From Vicugna vicugna (lineage: Eukaryota), in contig MU058844.1 in assembly GCA_013265495.1 (NCBI GenBank), positions 4,951,535 through 4,998,850 on the forward strand: DNA of 47,316 nt, given 5' to 3'. The translations under genes and the position numbers were made by a program. The notes below the pieces were generated by a model. That model made no database searches and was not told the DNA's origin. It was given only the letters and a program-made list of their open reading frames with translations. Below are positions 24,211 through 37,500 of the stretch, in pieces. Position 1 is the first letter of the stretch; every line of letters begins with the position of its first letter.

Positions 24211-25522
24211 AACAGCAGAAGAGACAGGCTAACAATAACATTATTTGAGCATGTCTCTATTCAGTCTTAGAAGGAATCACAACTCCTCCTCCTTCCGTTC
24301 CATTCTCTTTGGTAGACTATTTCTTCCCCAGCAAATATACGCAAAATGAATACTATCATGTGATACCCAAGATCCTTTGATGTCACCTTCTGATATCCTG
24401 ATGATAGATCAACATAACTGTTTTGAGAATTGAAAAATAGGATAAACGGCTATCTTTCCTGGGAATAGCTTTCCTCCCTTTATTCTTCCATTCTAAGACC
24501 TTTATGTTGACATAAACTTTAATAATTCCTGTCTGTGATTGAATTCAGCTAAATGTGTGGGAGGTGGCACGGTCTAATTACATACAGAAAATATTACGTA
24601 ATAAAAGAAAATCATCTATGAGTGCTTACATGCTCTGTAGCAGAAAAACATCACTTAGACCTCTTCATACCACAAAGAGAACTCTGTCATTTTCTATCCG
24701 TTTTAGCACATCAGAAGAGTCAGTTTGCAAACAATAATGGAGAACTCAAGCGGAAGACTCCCACAAGATAGTCCTCATACACATTTTCTGCGCCCCCTTT
24801 TCTACTACAGACTTTCATCATGCCCTCATTTTGGACCAGCTGTTCAGGTCTCTACTGTTTTAGGTAGTTTGGCGTAGTAATAACAGAAAGATATTTCAAA
24901 GTTTTCAGTAAAATGCTTCTTTACCAAAGGAAGAAAAAAATATGTCACTATTATTGCACTTTATTTCTTGTAGCACAAATATAGAAGTACCTAACTGGGC
25001 TAGAATGTGAAGTAGTTTAAAAAAAAATCAGCCAGAGTTTTTTTGTTCCCAGCACTCACTAACAAGCAGAGCACTTCTCCCCACTTAGCTGGCGAAACCT
25101 TTGAAACACAAAGCCTGTGCCCAAAGGTGGTTCTTCCTTTGTTTGGGAAGGGGGTCTGATGTTTATTCCTCAGCAGTTCCTGAAGCTCTGAACAAACCAT
25201 GACTTTTTTCCACATGCAGCTCTCTTAACACTTCAGGACCTGTAGCTGAATGTCTAACGTCAAATGATTTTAGCCTTTAAAATTTATTTTCAAAACTTTT
25301 CTGTTTTGCTCTGATAAAGCTGCTTCCCACGTAGATCCAGATAAAACATGAACTTTTGTTAATTTCTGTGGCTCTCTGTAATTTTCTTTACCAGCTGAGG
25401 CCAGTGTTTAAATTCTCTCCATGGTTCTTCGGTCTGAAACATTGCAGTTTCCTTCTGAGGAAGAATTCCTTTAGTACTTTCTCATATTGAATTGTATTGC
25501 CATACGTGTTTTTACCGTGAAG

Positions 25523-25547
25523 TGTATGTATGTATGTATGTATGTAT
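25523..25547 (+). repeat. (TGTA)n microsatellite
   Basis: tgtatgtatgtatgtatgtatgtat. Confidence 0.9.
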
Positions 25548-26019
25548 TTATTGAAATGTATTTATAAAGACGTTCTTAATCTTTTACTGAAAATTCTTGC
25601 TTAAACATATCTTTTATTTTTCCTTAATGTAATTTTCTGTCGACTTTAGTTTGATCCTTTATTCACTTTAAGATTTGAAACAACACTGTCTTTAATTACA
25701 GGAATAATATGTGCAGCCAGATGGGTGTGTGTAATAAGTTCATTTATACCTTTTAAAACAAAATACTAGTTTGTTTCTGTTTCTTTAGTTCTTTGGGGAG
25801 GCAGCTGTCTTAGTCTTATATTAATTAGTGCACTGGCTCAATTTAGATGGATTTGCCTTGGCCCCTACTTTAAACTCCCTTAGAGAACCAGCATTAAGAA
25901 CTCTGTTGACAATTAACAGTAGTTGAATTTTTTTTAAGTGAGTGAGTCACACGGTGTATTCAAGTTGCAATCTGAAACATCAGCTCTGTTGACTGTATAC
26001 CTAGCTTCATTCCCCCGTA

Positions 26020-26960
26020 TTGAATTACTCACCAGTTTTGTCCATTGTGTCTGTAAAATATTCCTTGAATCCATCCCATGAGACCTAGTGCAAGCACCTG
26101 CATCTCTTACCTGAGTTTTAACTTTCTCTATAATATGCATATATCCATTCTCTTCTATCACTATCTAATGCCTTCTCAATATTGCTGATCTACTTTTTAA
26201 TAAAGAAAATATTTGCAAATAGTTGTCTTGCTGAAGAAACTGATGCTACTCTGTTTCAAAATAAAAATCTAAAGTTCTTATCATAGTATGTTGGAACTTT
26301 TTGAAAATTATTTCCATCATAGTTTTCCAGCTTAACTTCCAGCCAACAATTACCAAAAGTACATTATACGTTATCAATACATGTGTGCTTGGGAATTTCT
26401 AAACACTTTTTACTTTCCCTGACTGGTCTAAATAGATTTTATTCGATGACATTTACTTGGATTATACTTTGTGCAAGATAATTTTTTAAGAGTTAAAATA
26501 CAGGAAGAATAAAATAGACAAGGTCTTTGTTGTTTTCTAAATTACACTATAAAGAGAGCAATCTAAACAAATAAGTAAACATATATGAAAAGGAGACTAC
26601 GATAACTATGAATATTTATGCATGTATATGTATGTGATAATTTTAGATAATAGTAAGTGCTATGAAGAAAATTAAAACAATACTGTAAGTTAGACAGTGC
26701 TTTCTCAACAAGAAGTTGAAAGCAATTTAAACGTAGCCATATTTATAACTTAGCATAATAATAATAGCTAAAGTGTATGGTGTGTTTACTATTAGTACCT
26801 GTATTATTCTGAACACTTTTCATGGATTAAATTATATTCCCAAATCATTGTTACAGGTAAAGTAACAGAGCTAGAGGAAGCTTAAATAAATTTCTGAAAC
26901 CATAACTAAGGAAGCTAAGAAAAGTCTTTTTCCAGAGCTCTGCTGCCTCTTTACACTTGG
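26020..26960. mobile_element. Cluster of L2 (plus ~26020-26400, minus ~26430-26700) and MIR (minus ~26755-26960) fragments
   Basis: ctagtgcaagcacctgcatctcttacctgag; aatagacaaggtctttg...gataatagtaagtgctatgaagaaaattaaaac; aataataatagctaaag...ttacaggtaaagtaacagagct. Confidence 0.55.
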
Positions 26961-27345
26961 TACCTAAGTTTTTTATGTCCCTGCAACCCACCCCTCTGAC
27001 TCCCCCCAGCTGATTGCTGAGCTGCTTGCTGGGAGGGATCATGCCCAATTCATCTTCATATCATGTGTGTCCAGCATGTATACTAAGTTGTTACTGATTA
27101 AGTTATACTCTTGAAGAACGCATGTTGAGCATATTAAATCTTTCAAATTACACCTTGTACATGTTAAATGGGGTAAAAAGAGAAAGAGAGGGAAAGGATT
27201 CTCCATAGTTTTGGTACAAATTTTTGAACTAGCTTAGGTTGTATAGACTTTCTAAATAAAATGCTGTGTACAGAGCAGGGCAAGAGGTTGTCCACTCCTG
27301 ATTCATATGCTAAACCTTTGCAGAAGTATAATGAGGCCTTCCCTT

Positions 27346-27826
27346 TGTTAGAAATTAATTATCTATGAATCTCTCATGTTATTTCTCATCTAGGCATTAA
27401 CAGACAATTTGCTCAGATTTATTTATACTTCAGTATAGTAAAGATAGAGATGTCTCATTCCCATCCCTAGAGAAGATCCACTTACATGGCAGGATAATAT
27501 AGATAATGGCTCTCTTTGGAGAAGAGGATGTTCAGGTTGCCAGCAGCCCCTACATAAGACCAAGTGCTTCCTGATCTCTGGTTTCTTCCTTTGTAATCCA
27601 CTCCCACAGTGTATACATTCAACACTCTGCCCTAAGCATTTGCTGTGTGGCAACTGGGGTCGCTTAACCAGCACTAAGGTAATGTTCTGGCTGCTGTCAT
27701 TTATGTAGGTGGGAAGCTTTGTCTCTCTGACCCAGAGATTTTATGTTTTTCTGTTAGTGTATAGGAAACTGTGGCAAGATATCTTGCAAGTCAAGTAAAA
27801 TATCAATCTCTTTGTAATTCCAGACT
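27346..27826 (+). mobile_element. ERVL solo LTR (LTR41/LTR40 group)
   Basis: Begins tgttagaaattaattatctatgaatctctcatg. Colinear with the LTR at 15655-16167 (agatagagatgtctc, caggataat..agataatg, ttgccagcagccc, tgtctctctgacccagag, ttgcaagtcaagtaaaat). Confidence 0.7.
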
Positions 27827-28299
27827 TAAAAAATCATAACAAATCAAAAAAGGCCTGAATTCTGGGAAGTCAAAACCTGAAGTTGCCCATTACAGATGGA
27901 ATGAAGTATTGACATCAGGGACTATGTTTTTCCCACAGCTGATACCAAGCAGCATCTGGCTTTAGATGATACTTGCTATTGTTTTCCTTAACAAATGAAT
28001 GAATAGTAATACAAACAGTAATACCCCAGTTCTTACCCTATTGTGGGGTGAGGAAAATCATGTAAAACAATATTTGCAGTTAGGTTTCCTACCTCGGAGT
28101 TCTAAGTAACACCCAAATCAAGGATTGTACCTGCATATCTGTTTCACTGTTGCTGGATAGTTCGTGGAAGTTAGAGATCATGTTTTGTTATGATGTAACT
28201 TAGATGATATGTTGTTGCTCAACTAGACAAACTATCCAAAAAAATTTTCATCTCTAATCCACCAATGCAAGCCACTATTTAAGTAGATAAGAAATAGAA

Positions 28300-29140
28300 A
28301 TCAGTACAATTTTAGGAAGGGTGAATAATTACCACAAATGCGATGATTGAAGCAAATATTGAAAAGTGCTAATAATTGTTAAAACTACAGGTATTCATTC
28401 ATTATAGTAGTCTGACTGCTTTTATATATTGTTGAACATTTTCATAGTAAAAAAAAATTTTTTTAAATCAAAACCATTGAGAACATGAAAGCTGAAGGGC
28501 TGTTATCTATAATACACAAAGCACTTTTAGAAACTGGCAAAAATTATCTAAAATGATAATGGCAAAGGATATGAAGAGAAAATTTGCAATAGCCCATCTA
28601 AATTACCAATAAACATCAATATCAAAAGTAGCTTGAGGAGTAGAAATTAATCTAAAGATGAGTAATACAGACTATGTTTTTAAAAGATTAAATATTGCCA
28701 GAGGCAGTGATTCTGGAAAACAAAATGTATTTCCATACATCACTGATGGTTGTATGAATTGTTACAGCCTTGCATTAGAAAAGAATTTAAATTGAAAATT
28801 GACCCAGTCACTTCTGATAACCCAGCCCATAAAACTATAACAGCAGTAAATGCTTACTAAAGCATTGCTGTGAGAGAAGAAGGAATGTCCTTCAAGTGAC
28901 AAATGGTTGAATATATAGTGTCATGCATCCACTAAAGAAAGAATTAATTCTTTGCCAGCTGACTGGGAGAGAATTCCACAGTGCATTCTTGACTGAAAAA
29001 GCCATGATACAGAAAACTGTAGATATGATACTATTTTTTTTTAATGAGCATTGAGAAATCCTATATATGTCTAAATATATGTATGTGTAATTCTATGATT
29101 ATATGATATTATATATGTAAATTTCCATAAGTGCATAAAA
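28300..29140 (+). mobile_element. Old L1ME-like 3' fragments (continuing at ~30400-30520)
   Basis: tggcaaaggatatgaagagaaaattt, catcactgatggttgtatgaattgttacagcc, gacccagtcacttctg, aaatggttgaatatat. Confidence 0.6.
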
Positions 29141-29149
29141 GGACATAGA

Positions 29150-30397
29150 TTTGTGTCTTGTCTGTAGACTCAGAATTCTGGGCTTCATCCCCAAAGCTAA
29201 GGACAATGGATTTTAAGAATGCTCCAAAAATGGGGGATGAGTATATTCTCATGGGACTAATATTGGTTAAACTGGCCTCATGATTGTCACCCCAACAGGC
29301 TACACAAAGAAGTCTATTCATTAGGGACGAGGGTTCAAGGAAGGGATCTGAAAAAATAGACAGAACTTGGAAATGGCCCCGTCTTTCTCTTGGCCACAAT
29401 TAGAGGAATTGGGCCCCGAGCATTCTCCTCACAGAGATTGTCTCGAGGGTCTGGTATGTTATCCCCTGACTTATTGTGGAGCAGGAACTTAAGAGATTTC
29501 TTGGTAGAGCATGGCCCATGCCCTTGGGTTTGGAGGCCACCAGGCCTCCCTCTTACATAGACAGGTTTGAAAATAGAAAGAAGAAAGCCATGGGTGTTGG
29601 GCTAAGATACAGGGAGTAACTCTGGCTTTAGTGCGCGCCAGACTAAAGATGTCTTGAAAGGACTTTACCTGAACTGAAAGGCACTTCATCTGAAAGAGTC
29701 TACCAGGGGTCTCTTGCCAGAGGCTAGGCCTGAGGAGCCAGTGTGAGAAGTCAGAAGTCAGCAAAGTCCATTGTCAGCGGGGAGGGTAGAACTCGGCGGT
29801 AGAGTGCATGCAGGAGGTCCTGGGTTCAATCCCTAGTACCTCCATCAAAATAAAGAAAGAAACCTAATCCTCCCCTCCCCCCACTAAAAGGTCCACTGTC
29901 TGTGCCAGCCAGTTCTGCAGGAGAGCAATAAATGCAGGTCAAGAATCCAGAAATGTGCCTTTAGAGGGAAAGAGAGAGGAATAGAGAGAAATGGCGTTTG
30001 AACATTAAGACACTTGTGGTCAAAGGTACTGGTACCGATAAAGATTAATAGATAGTCCCAGTGATTGAAAATGCTTTTTTTTTTTTTCAATTCTAATCCT
30101 AGTTGAGGGAGGAGAAAGGAGACTGAAAGAAAAGACCACACTTAATTTCTTTATACTGTTCTCTGGCCTAAGGAGAGAAAAAAAACTTTACACTGAATGT
30201 AAGATAAAAATATTTATTTAGCTTATTAGACTAGACTTTTTCATTGCCTGAGAGTGACTGTTAAACTCTGGAGTTCTGACCACATTGCTGACAAGGGGCA
30301 GGATAGTAAGAACCATCAGAGCTTTTTAAAAGTGAAAAATAAACCTGTTTCCTGATTTTATTTTACTGAGTTCAGCATATCTTTATAAAACCAGGGC
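29150..30397 (+). mobile_element. Ancient long solo LTR (LTR78-like)
   Basis: ~1.1 kb GC-richer block ending aataaacctgtttcctgattttattttactgagttcagcatatctttataaaaccagggca, resembling the LTR78 3' end. Interrupts an L1ME. Family call from memory. Confidence 0.5.
29779..29887 (+). mobile_element. Camelid tRNA-derived SINE (vic-1-like)
   Basis: ggggagggtagaactcggcggtagag (A box)...gggttcaatccc (B box), then A-rich linker, cctaat, C-run and A tail. Degenerate 16-bp TSD aaagtccattgtcagc (29763-29778) / aaggtccactgtctgt (29888-29903), 12/16 identical. Confidence 0.88.
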
Positions 30398-32165
30398 ATT
30401 TGGGAGTTCATACACCATGCTTCACATAGATACACACAGAGATATATAGAAGATTGGTCACTAAAATATTAATATTATATCAAAGAAATCGGATTTTGGA
30501 TTTTTTTTTACATGAAAGCACAATTCCATTCAATTGTAACCTGAACTTCAAATTAGAAATTGGCACTTATCTTTCTTTTTAAACAAATGCATTTTCTTTA
30601 GGTTTATTTCCAAATACAACTATCCAGACACCAGCAAAACCTCTCTCCAGGTGCACAAATACATATGAGCACACATATAAGGATGCAAGGAGATAGTCTC
30701 CCACCTTCAACACAGAGTTTCTGACAGACCTTCTCTGCAAAGATGCAATTTGTGCAGCTCATTAAAGTATGAGTCTCAATCAAAAAATATATAAAACCTT
30801 AAGTATTTAAACATGCAGCGCAATCAAGGAAGTGTACTAGCTGATTGTTAAAATATGCAGCCTGTTGAGTAAATCCTATTAAAGACAATTTTAGAGACTA
30901 AAATGTGTTTGAAAATTAGTAAAATATATTATTTCAGTTGTCAAGTATATTCATATATTTCAGCAGAGAAAAGAACTTGTTGTGTGGAAAGATACAAAGC
31001 ACTCAAACTCTGCTAGAGAAGAAAACCGGCACCAGGTCTGTGGGGGTGGGTCCGATGCGATTAGAGTGGGGAGTGGAGAGAGGGTTCCACTGTACCACTG
31101 ATCCCCTACGTCACAGCTGTGCTTTTGAAAATCTCACAGAACTAGAGAGTGGAATGCTATCTCAAATGGAGAGATTAGTTCTTCCTTCTTTCCTTAGAGG
31201 AACAGCCTCTTAGTCTACTGGAAAAGATACAAAGTGCCCAGGGGATGGTAACTAAGGCAGAGAAAGGGAGGTCTTTTTGCAAAATTGGCAGAAATTGCTT
31301 TCTTACCTTCCAACAAAATGTTGTGAGGCTAAAACTGCCAATTTAGCATAGTTTTGCTTTAAAACCATTTCCTTATTTTGTACATTAATTTTTAAAACCC
31401 CTACAGAGAATAAAACTGTAGCGTTGAAATATTGTGGTCAGTGCTTATGTCACGCAGCTTGATTATTGTTACATTAGTCATCTCATTTATCTTTGTTTAG
31501 TATGAGAAGGAACATTTAAAAATATTTATACAGTCTCTTCCTTTGGTGAATTCAGCTCATGATGAGGAAGGATGTGTCTGGTTTCACATAAGCAGGCGCT
31601 ATGGAGCCTTTCCATAAATGTGCAGATGGTTAGTTGATAATATCAAGTAGTCTTTTGCACAGATGGGAAAATAAAAATAATTAGTGGAAATTACACAAGA
31701 AGATTCATTCAGATCATGGCAAATGTAACAATGTAGGAGTTATGGTTTATATTTGCAAGCTGAAATAGCGCAAAAAGAGATTGGCCTATCAAAAAAGCTG
31801 TAATCAATTTAGCAATCAGTACCCAGAAGTCCAATAACATATTAAATGCATGATCATTTTAGAAATACTCAGAAGGCTAAAATTTAGCATTCTTCTTATT
31901 CAGGCTCTCCCCTCAATTGATTGTGAATACATTTGTTAGAAATCATATTCTCTCAGCAACAATAGTTTGGCTTAGGAATATCTCTGGGAAACTTTACTTA
32001 TTTTAAGTTTTCTAGTTCTCTCCTTAATGGCTAATTGATACAACTTTTCATGATTGTGTAAAGGCTAGCATAGCATTTATGTAAAACAAATGAATGAAAT
32101 CCTTACAACTACACATGCGACCAGTTCTTGGTTTTTCTCAGGTCAAAACATATCTGAGTTCTTTC

Positions 32166-32893
32166 TTTTTTTAACTGAAGTATATTCAGTTTACAGTATT
32201 GTGTCAATTTCTGTTGTACAGCCTAATAATTCAGTCATACATATATTCATTTTCATATTCTTTTTCATTATAGACATTAAATATACTTCCCTGTGCTATA
32301 GAGAAGAAACTTGTTGTTTATCTATTTTATATATGGTAGGTAGTATCTGCAAATCTCAAACTCCCAATTTATCCCTTCCCACCCCTTCCCCCACCCTGGC
32401 AACCAGAAGATTGTTTTCTATGTCTGTGAGTCTCTTCCTGTTTTGTAAATAAGTTCATTTGTGTCTTTTTTTTTTTAGATTCCACATATAAGTGATATCG
32501 TATGGTATTTTCCTTTCTCTTTCTGGCTTACTTCAACTAGAATGATGATCTCTAGGTCCATCCATGTTACAGCAAATAGCATTATTTTATTCTTTTTATG
32601 GCTGAGTAGTATTCCACCACAACTTCTTTATTCAGGTTATTCTTCATTTAGGTTGGTTTCATGTCTTAGCTATTGTAAATACTGCTGCCATGAACATTGA
32701 GGTGCATGTATCTATTTGAATTAGAGTTCCCTCCAGATATATGTACAGGCATGGGATTGCTGGATCATATAGGATGTCTATCTTTAGCTTTTTAAGAGCT
32801 CTACATACTGTTTTCCATAATGGCTGCACCAAACTACATTCCCACCAACAGTGTAGGAGAGTTCTCTTTTCTCCACACCCTCTCCAGCATTTG
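32166..32893 (-). mobile_element. 5'-truncated LINE-1, intermediate age
   Basis: Identical 15-bp TSD tatctgagttctttc at 32151-32165 and 32894-32908. Target TTTC/AA. Decayed ORF2 end ([29 protein letters not shown]) plus 3' UTR. Confidence 0.95.
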
Positions 32894-33409
32894 TATCTGA
32901 GTTCTTTCAAATTGCATTCTAGAGAGTGAGCATGTTGATTGTACACACTTATTTCTCTTCTACTTCTGGGATTTTAATTTTAGGTTATTTAAATATTTTT
33001 AGGAAAAAAAGAACATTCATTTTATATAGAGAGAATTACCATCTTAAAAGTTTGGAAAAATGACTCAACCACAGTTCAAGATTTTTAAAAAAAAAAAATC
33101 AATAGACTTCATTTAGAAAATTATGAATATATTGTTATTGATACTGTTTTTTAAGAAAAATGAGATTAATTTTTAAGCTTAATGTAAATGTAAGTTGATT
33201 TTGTCCATTTTTTGGCTATTAATTTATATTTTATTAAAATAATTTTTATATCCAAAATTTTAGTTCTTTAGTATGCTTTAAGTTAGTATGCTTTAAGTCA
33301 TTCTATTGTAGGGTTTCTGAGAACTCTAATGCAAGATAATTCAAAGAGTATTTTAAACACCGGTTAAAGTATAATCCAAATGACACGGTCACAATGATAC
33401 ACACAATGA

Positions 33410-34800
33410 CAGCAAAAGTGTAGGAAACCTAGGTGTAGACTTTAAAGAAATGTTCGTGCTATATGTGAAGAAAACTATAACATTCTCTACAAGCACACAC
33501 AAATGAAGTTTTGTATGTTTTGAAATGAAGTTTTGAAAATACAGGCATGCATTGTCTTAGAGAGGGTGACACCATAAAGATGTCAGATTTTTCTAAGTAT
33601 TTTTCCAGATTCAGTGCAATTCCAGTTACGTTAGAATACGGGATTATGTAAAACTTGATTAAGTGGTTCAAAAGATCGTCTGCAAGAATATAAAGGCAAG
33701 AGATTATTAGAAACATCAAAAGAACAAACTAGGGCTGGGTCATGCCCTTTCAGAATTAAATTATTAAGGAAATACAATAAAAATAAGTAGATAATCTGGT
33801 TCAAAAATAGGCACATTAACCTATGGACCACAGCAAAGAATCCAAAAAAAAAAAAAGAGAGAGAATGTTGTGTATGATAAAGTTTGAGAAAAGGCCATCA
33901 AACATAACTAAGTGATCCATAAAGGAAAAACTTTGTTCATTTTTAAGAATTCATTTAACATTTTAGTTTTAAATATCTACTACATGCCAGAACCTGCTCC
34001 AATTGCTAGAGATAGAAAACTAAAGAAAAGAGACAAAGTCCACAGTAAATAATAAATCAATAAATGGTATGTCAGGTGGTGAAAATGCCAGGAAAAAAGA
34101 GAAAGGGAGACAGAGTGTGACTGTGGAATAGAGCTGTACTATTATGTAGGAGGTGACCAGGGAAGTTGTCCTTCCAAGTGACATTTGTGCAAACTGATGT
34201 GGTACTTTTATATAAAAGATTAGGAAAGATGAGAAAAAAAGGGACAACATTAGCGTAAGGATGTAGGGAATGCAGTAGTTTTATGTGCTACTGATGAATG
34301 TGTGGATTGAAACAGCTTTTCAGCTATGTGTTTTGGCAATATGAATAAAATTCTTTTCATTAAAGAGATAATCAAACAAGTGACAGAGATTCATATTGAA
34401 GCACTTTTTACATTGACATAAAAAGGAAATAACCTCAAATTTATTAAATGGTAGTGGTAAAATAAAATTATGGTTTATCCAAACAAGGAGAGATTATGTA
34501 CCCATGGAAAGATAGATAAAATGCTTTGTTCAATAAAAAATGTCATAAAATTGGAAGTACAGTGTAACTCCATGAATATAAATTTGTGTTATCAATTCGT
34601 ATTTCTCTCTCTCACACACACACACGCTCACAAACACACACACACACATTTGAAATGTCGTTCATCAAAATATTAACAGAGGTTAAGGCAGATGGCATTT
34701 TGAATGATTTTTACCTTATTTACCTTTTTTATTGTTAGAGTAAGCATGTATTGTTTTTATCATGGCTTATAAAATAAAGTTATTTTTCTGTTTTAAAACA
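33410..34800 (+). mobile_element. Old L1M ORF2/3' fragments (~33410-33930, ~34250-34800) with an L2 minus piece between (~33935-34200)
   Basis: gaagaaaactataacattct, ataaagatgtcag, agattcagtgcaattccagt, aaaaataggcacattaacctatgga. L2 motifs tactacatgccagaacctgctcc and gtatgtcaggtggtgaaaatgc. Confidence 0.6.
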
Positions 34801-35564
34801 TTCTGTATAAATGTCAATTTTGTAATAGTTACAAAGAGGTTACCATACTATTAATACAGGTTAATTGATGTAACTTAAAACATATTTTTCAAACAAATAC
34901 TTCAGTGAAGTAGTGATGTGAGCAGAGAGTAACGCTGTGCTTTGTGAGTGGGACAAAAATAGTCACTGTAAGGCACAGATTGTTGTTTCCTCTCCAGGTT
35001 ACGTTATGTCAGATAGAAAGACCTTTCAAGGCAAAGGCGCTGCGAACATCTGACTCACTAATCGTATAGCCTATGTAAAGAAGGGCAATAATGTGAACAA
35101 ATCCTAAATCAGGGAAGGTCTTCCGTTGACATACTAAGGGAGGGGATTCCTTTTCTTCTCAGTGCCTTCCCTCTGCCCTGGTGCCATCTTTCCACTTGAA
35201 TAGGCAGACATTGGATGAATAAACAATCATCTGAAGACTTCACTGAGTTGCTCTTGAAACACACAGGGATATTAAAGGTTTCTATCACTGAAACCAGGAA
35301 GGAAAAAGGAGGATGAAGATTCGTAACAGTTGACATCTAGTGCATTTAAGTGCAGTTTGTCCCTTCTATCAAAAAAATCTGTAACAGTTTAGCCTGAAAT
35401 GCTGCTAAGCAATAGTAGTTTGTTTCTTGACAGCAACTAGTTTATTCTTACAGGGGATTATGTTCTATTTTAACTGTTATCAAATTAAAAGATGTGATTC
35501 TATTTTTTATGATCACTCTAACAGTAAATATTCTGATCATTTGAAACACAAGGAATTATAACCC

Positions 35565-36432
35565 CCTACCCCAGATCTGTTTCTCTCTCCTTTATTCCTT
35601 TCCAGATAGATATTTCCACAATCTAAAAGGTCTGTCAAGCCAGAAACTCAGAATGTCATCTTTCATTCTTTCCTTTGTCTTAACCCAATGCAATATCTGG
35701 CACAGAAACTTACTGATTTCCTTTAATGTCTTTAAAAATGTATCCTCTTTTTTTTGTCCTCACTGTCACTGCTTTAGCTCAGGCTTTTATGATTTCTGAC
35801 CTGGACTGCTACACGATCTCAAATCTCTGCTTTACTTTCCTCTTCCTTGTTTTCTGCAATCCATCCAACCCTTTGCTGTCAATAGTCTTATTAAAGCATA
35901 AAGTCAATCATTTCACTTTGTTGCTTAAAAGCATTGAATGGCATCCTCAAAATCTAAAAAGTTACAGATGACCCATCTACTGCACACCCTCCCACTCTCT
36001 TCTACCCCAGAACCTGGTATCATCACACTCCAGCTGCTCTAAAATATATGTCATTTCTTTTGTGTGTTTATGCCTCTGTACCTTTTACCTAAGATGTTCA
36101 CTGTCAAACACATCCTTACTTTTTTCAAACCTCTCACCAACACTACTACTGTTTTATTTGTTTTAAATGACGTTAATGTTTTACTAGTCCTTTAAAATTC
36201 AACTCATATATGACTGCCTCTGAGAAACTTCTGTGTAATCTAGTTTGAGGTAAATGATCTCACAGCACCTATACTTACTGTATCACAATCCGTAACACAT
36301 TGCATTGCACTTGTGTGTTCATTTGTCTGTTTCCTCAATTTTCAGCTCTTGGTGAAGGACACTTCTTTTTCTAGTTTCTGTATTTCCAAAATCTGGCACA
36401 ATGACTCTGGTCAGTAAATATGTTTCAAATGT
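35565..36432 (+). mobile_element. L2 3' fragment
   Basis: tcaagccagaaactcagaatgtcatcttt, ttagctcaggcttttatgatttctgacctggact, tcaatcatttcactttgttgcttaaaagc, and tail ctggcacaatgactctggtcagtaaatatgttt. Confidence 0.75.
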
Positions 36433-36689
36433 AGAATCTAAAGATTCTTATTTTTTTAATCTATCAAACCCCACCAAATGGCCGTCAGAAGAGTTATAGT
36501 CTCTTATATTTTCAAAAACGTTTTTGTGTAAGAATTCATAGCATACTTTATGTTGTGTTTCTCATAAAATATAAAATCATTTTTCTAAAATTATACATTA
36601 ACAACTACTTTTCAGATGAAGTTTAACTGTAGTATTATACATGTGATTTTTACACTGCAACTGCTGTAAAATTTTATGAAAGCAAACAA

Positions 36690-37500
36690 TATTGATTCAT
36701 CAGATATATATTGACTGTGTACTGTGTGTCAGGTACTGTACTAGAGTAAACTACAGTTTAGAAAGAAAAAGAAAAATAACACATACATTCCCTATGCTTA
36801 TGGGACCATTAGTATTAATGTTCTATATAGGGTGAAAAACGGTGCAGTGAACCTATGGATAAAGTCTATCCTCTGTATAGAAATGTAAAAGATTAAAAAA
36901 AAAAAAAGAAACAAAATGATTGATTAGAAAAAATGAAACCACTTATTGTGCTGACCAGCTTGCTTTCATGTATATTTAAACTTCTTAAGAAAGTTGGGTA
37001 ACAGTCAATCTTTTATGTTATTTCATAACATAAAACTATTTGTGACTGTCACTTAGAGATTTATACCAGCAAGACCATTATAATATAGAAAGCACTAAGA
37101 TTTGGCATGAGCCTTGATGGGAATCTTATTTTGGCAGGCGGATAGAAAGGGGAATAACTGTCTTAGCAAAGGCACAAAGGTGGCAGAGTGAGACAGTGAA
37201 TAAATCTATTTGTCTTGAGCAGGGATTTGGAGTAAGAGTAGAGCAGGCTTAGCTCTGGAAAGGCAAGGCAGTTAGATTAAACAGACCCTTGAGTTGTAGC
37301 TTAAGGAGCTTGAAATTTTTCCTGTAGATAGATCAGTTGTCTTATTATTTTTGTTCTGCAAATGACACTCTTGAAATAGTGTTCTAGAAAGACTAATCTG
37401 TCTGGGATGGCATGATGCATTGAAAAGGAAAAAAGAAACTCCTGTTATGAAAGAGGAATTCATAAAAGGTGTGGCCATGGAAACTGAAAGTATAATAGAT
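36690..37500 (-). mobile_element. L2 fragments
   Basis: attcatcagatatatattgactgtgtactgtgtgtcaggtactgtactag; agcaaaggcacaaagg; gcttaaggagcttgaaatttttcctgtag; tagaaagactaatctg. Confidence 0.5.

Noticed and set aside
24861..24882. taggtagttt resembling the 5' end of miR-196
   Set aside because: Only 10 nt match, no hairpin partner seen, not a HOX context.
27423..27674. Cys/His-rich 83-aa ORF with a GTAAGT donor, resembling a zinc-finger exon
   Set aside because: Lies wholly inside the LTR41/40-like element.
29779..29846. Possible tRNA gene
   Set aside because: Anticodon arm missing, and it has a SINE tail and TSD.
31559..31640. ATGATGA box C-like motif (snoRNA)
   Set aside because: No suitably placed CTGA box D or terminal stem.
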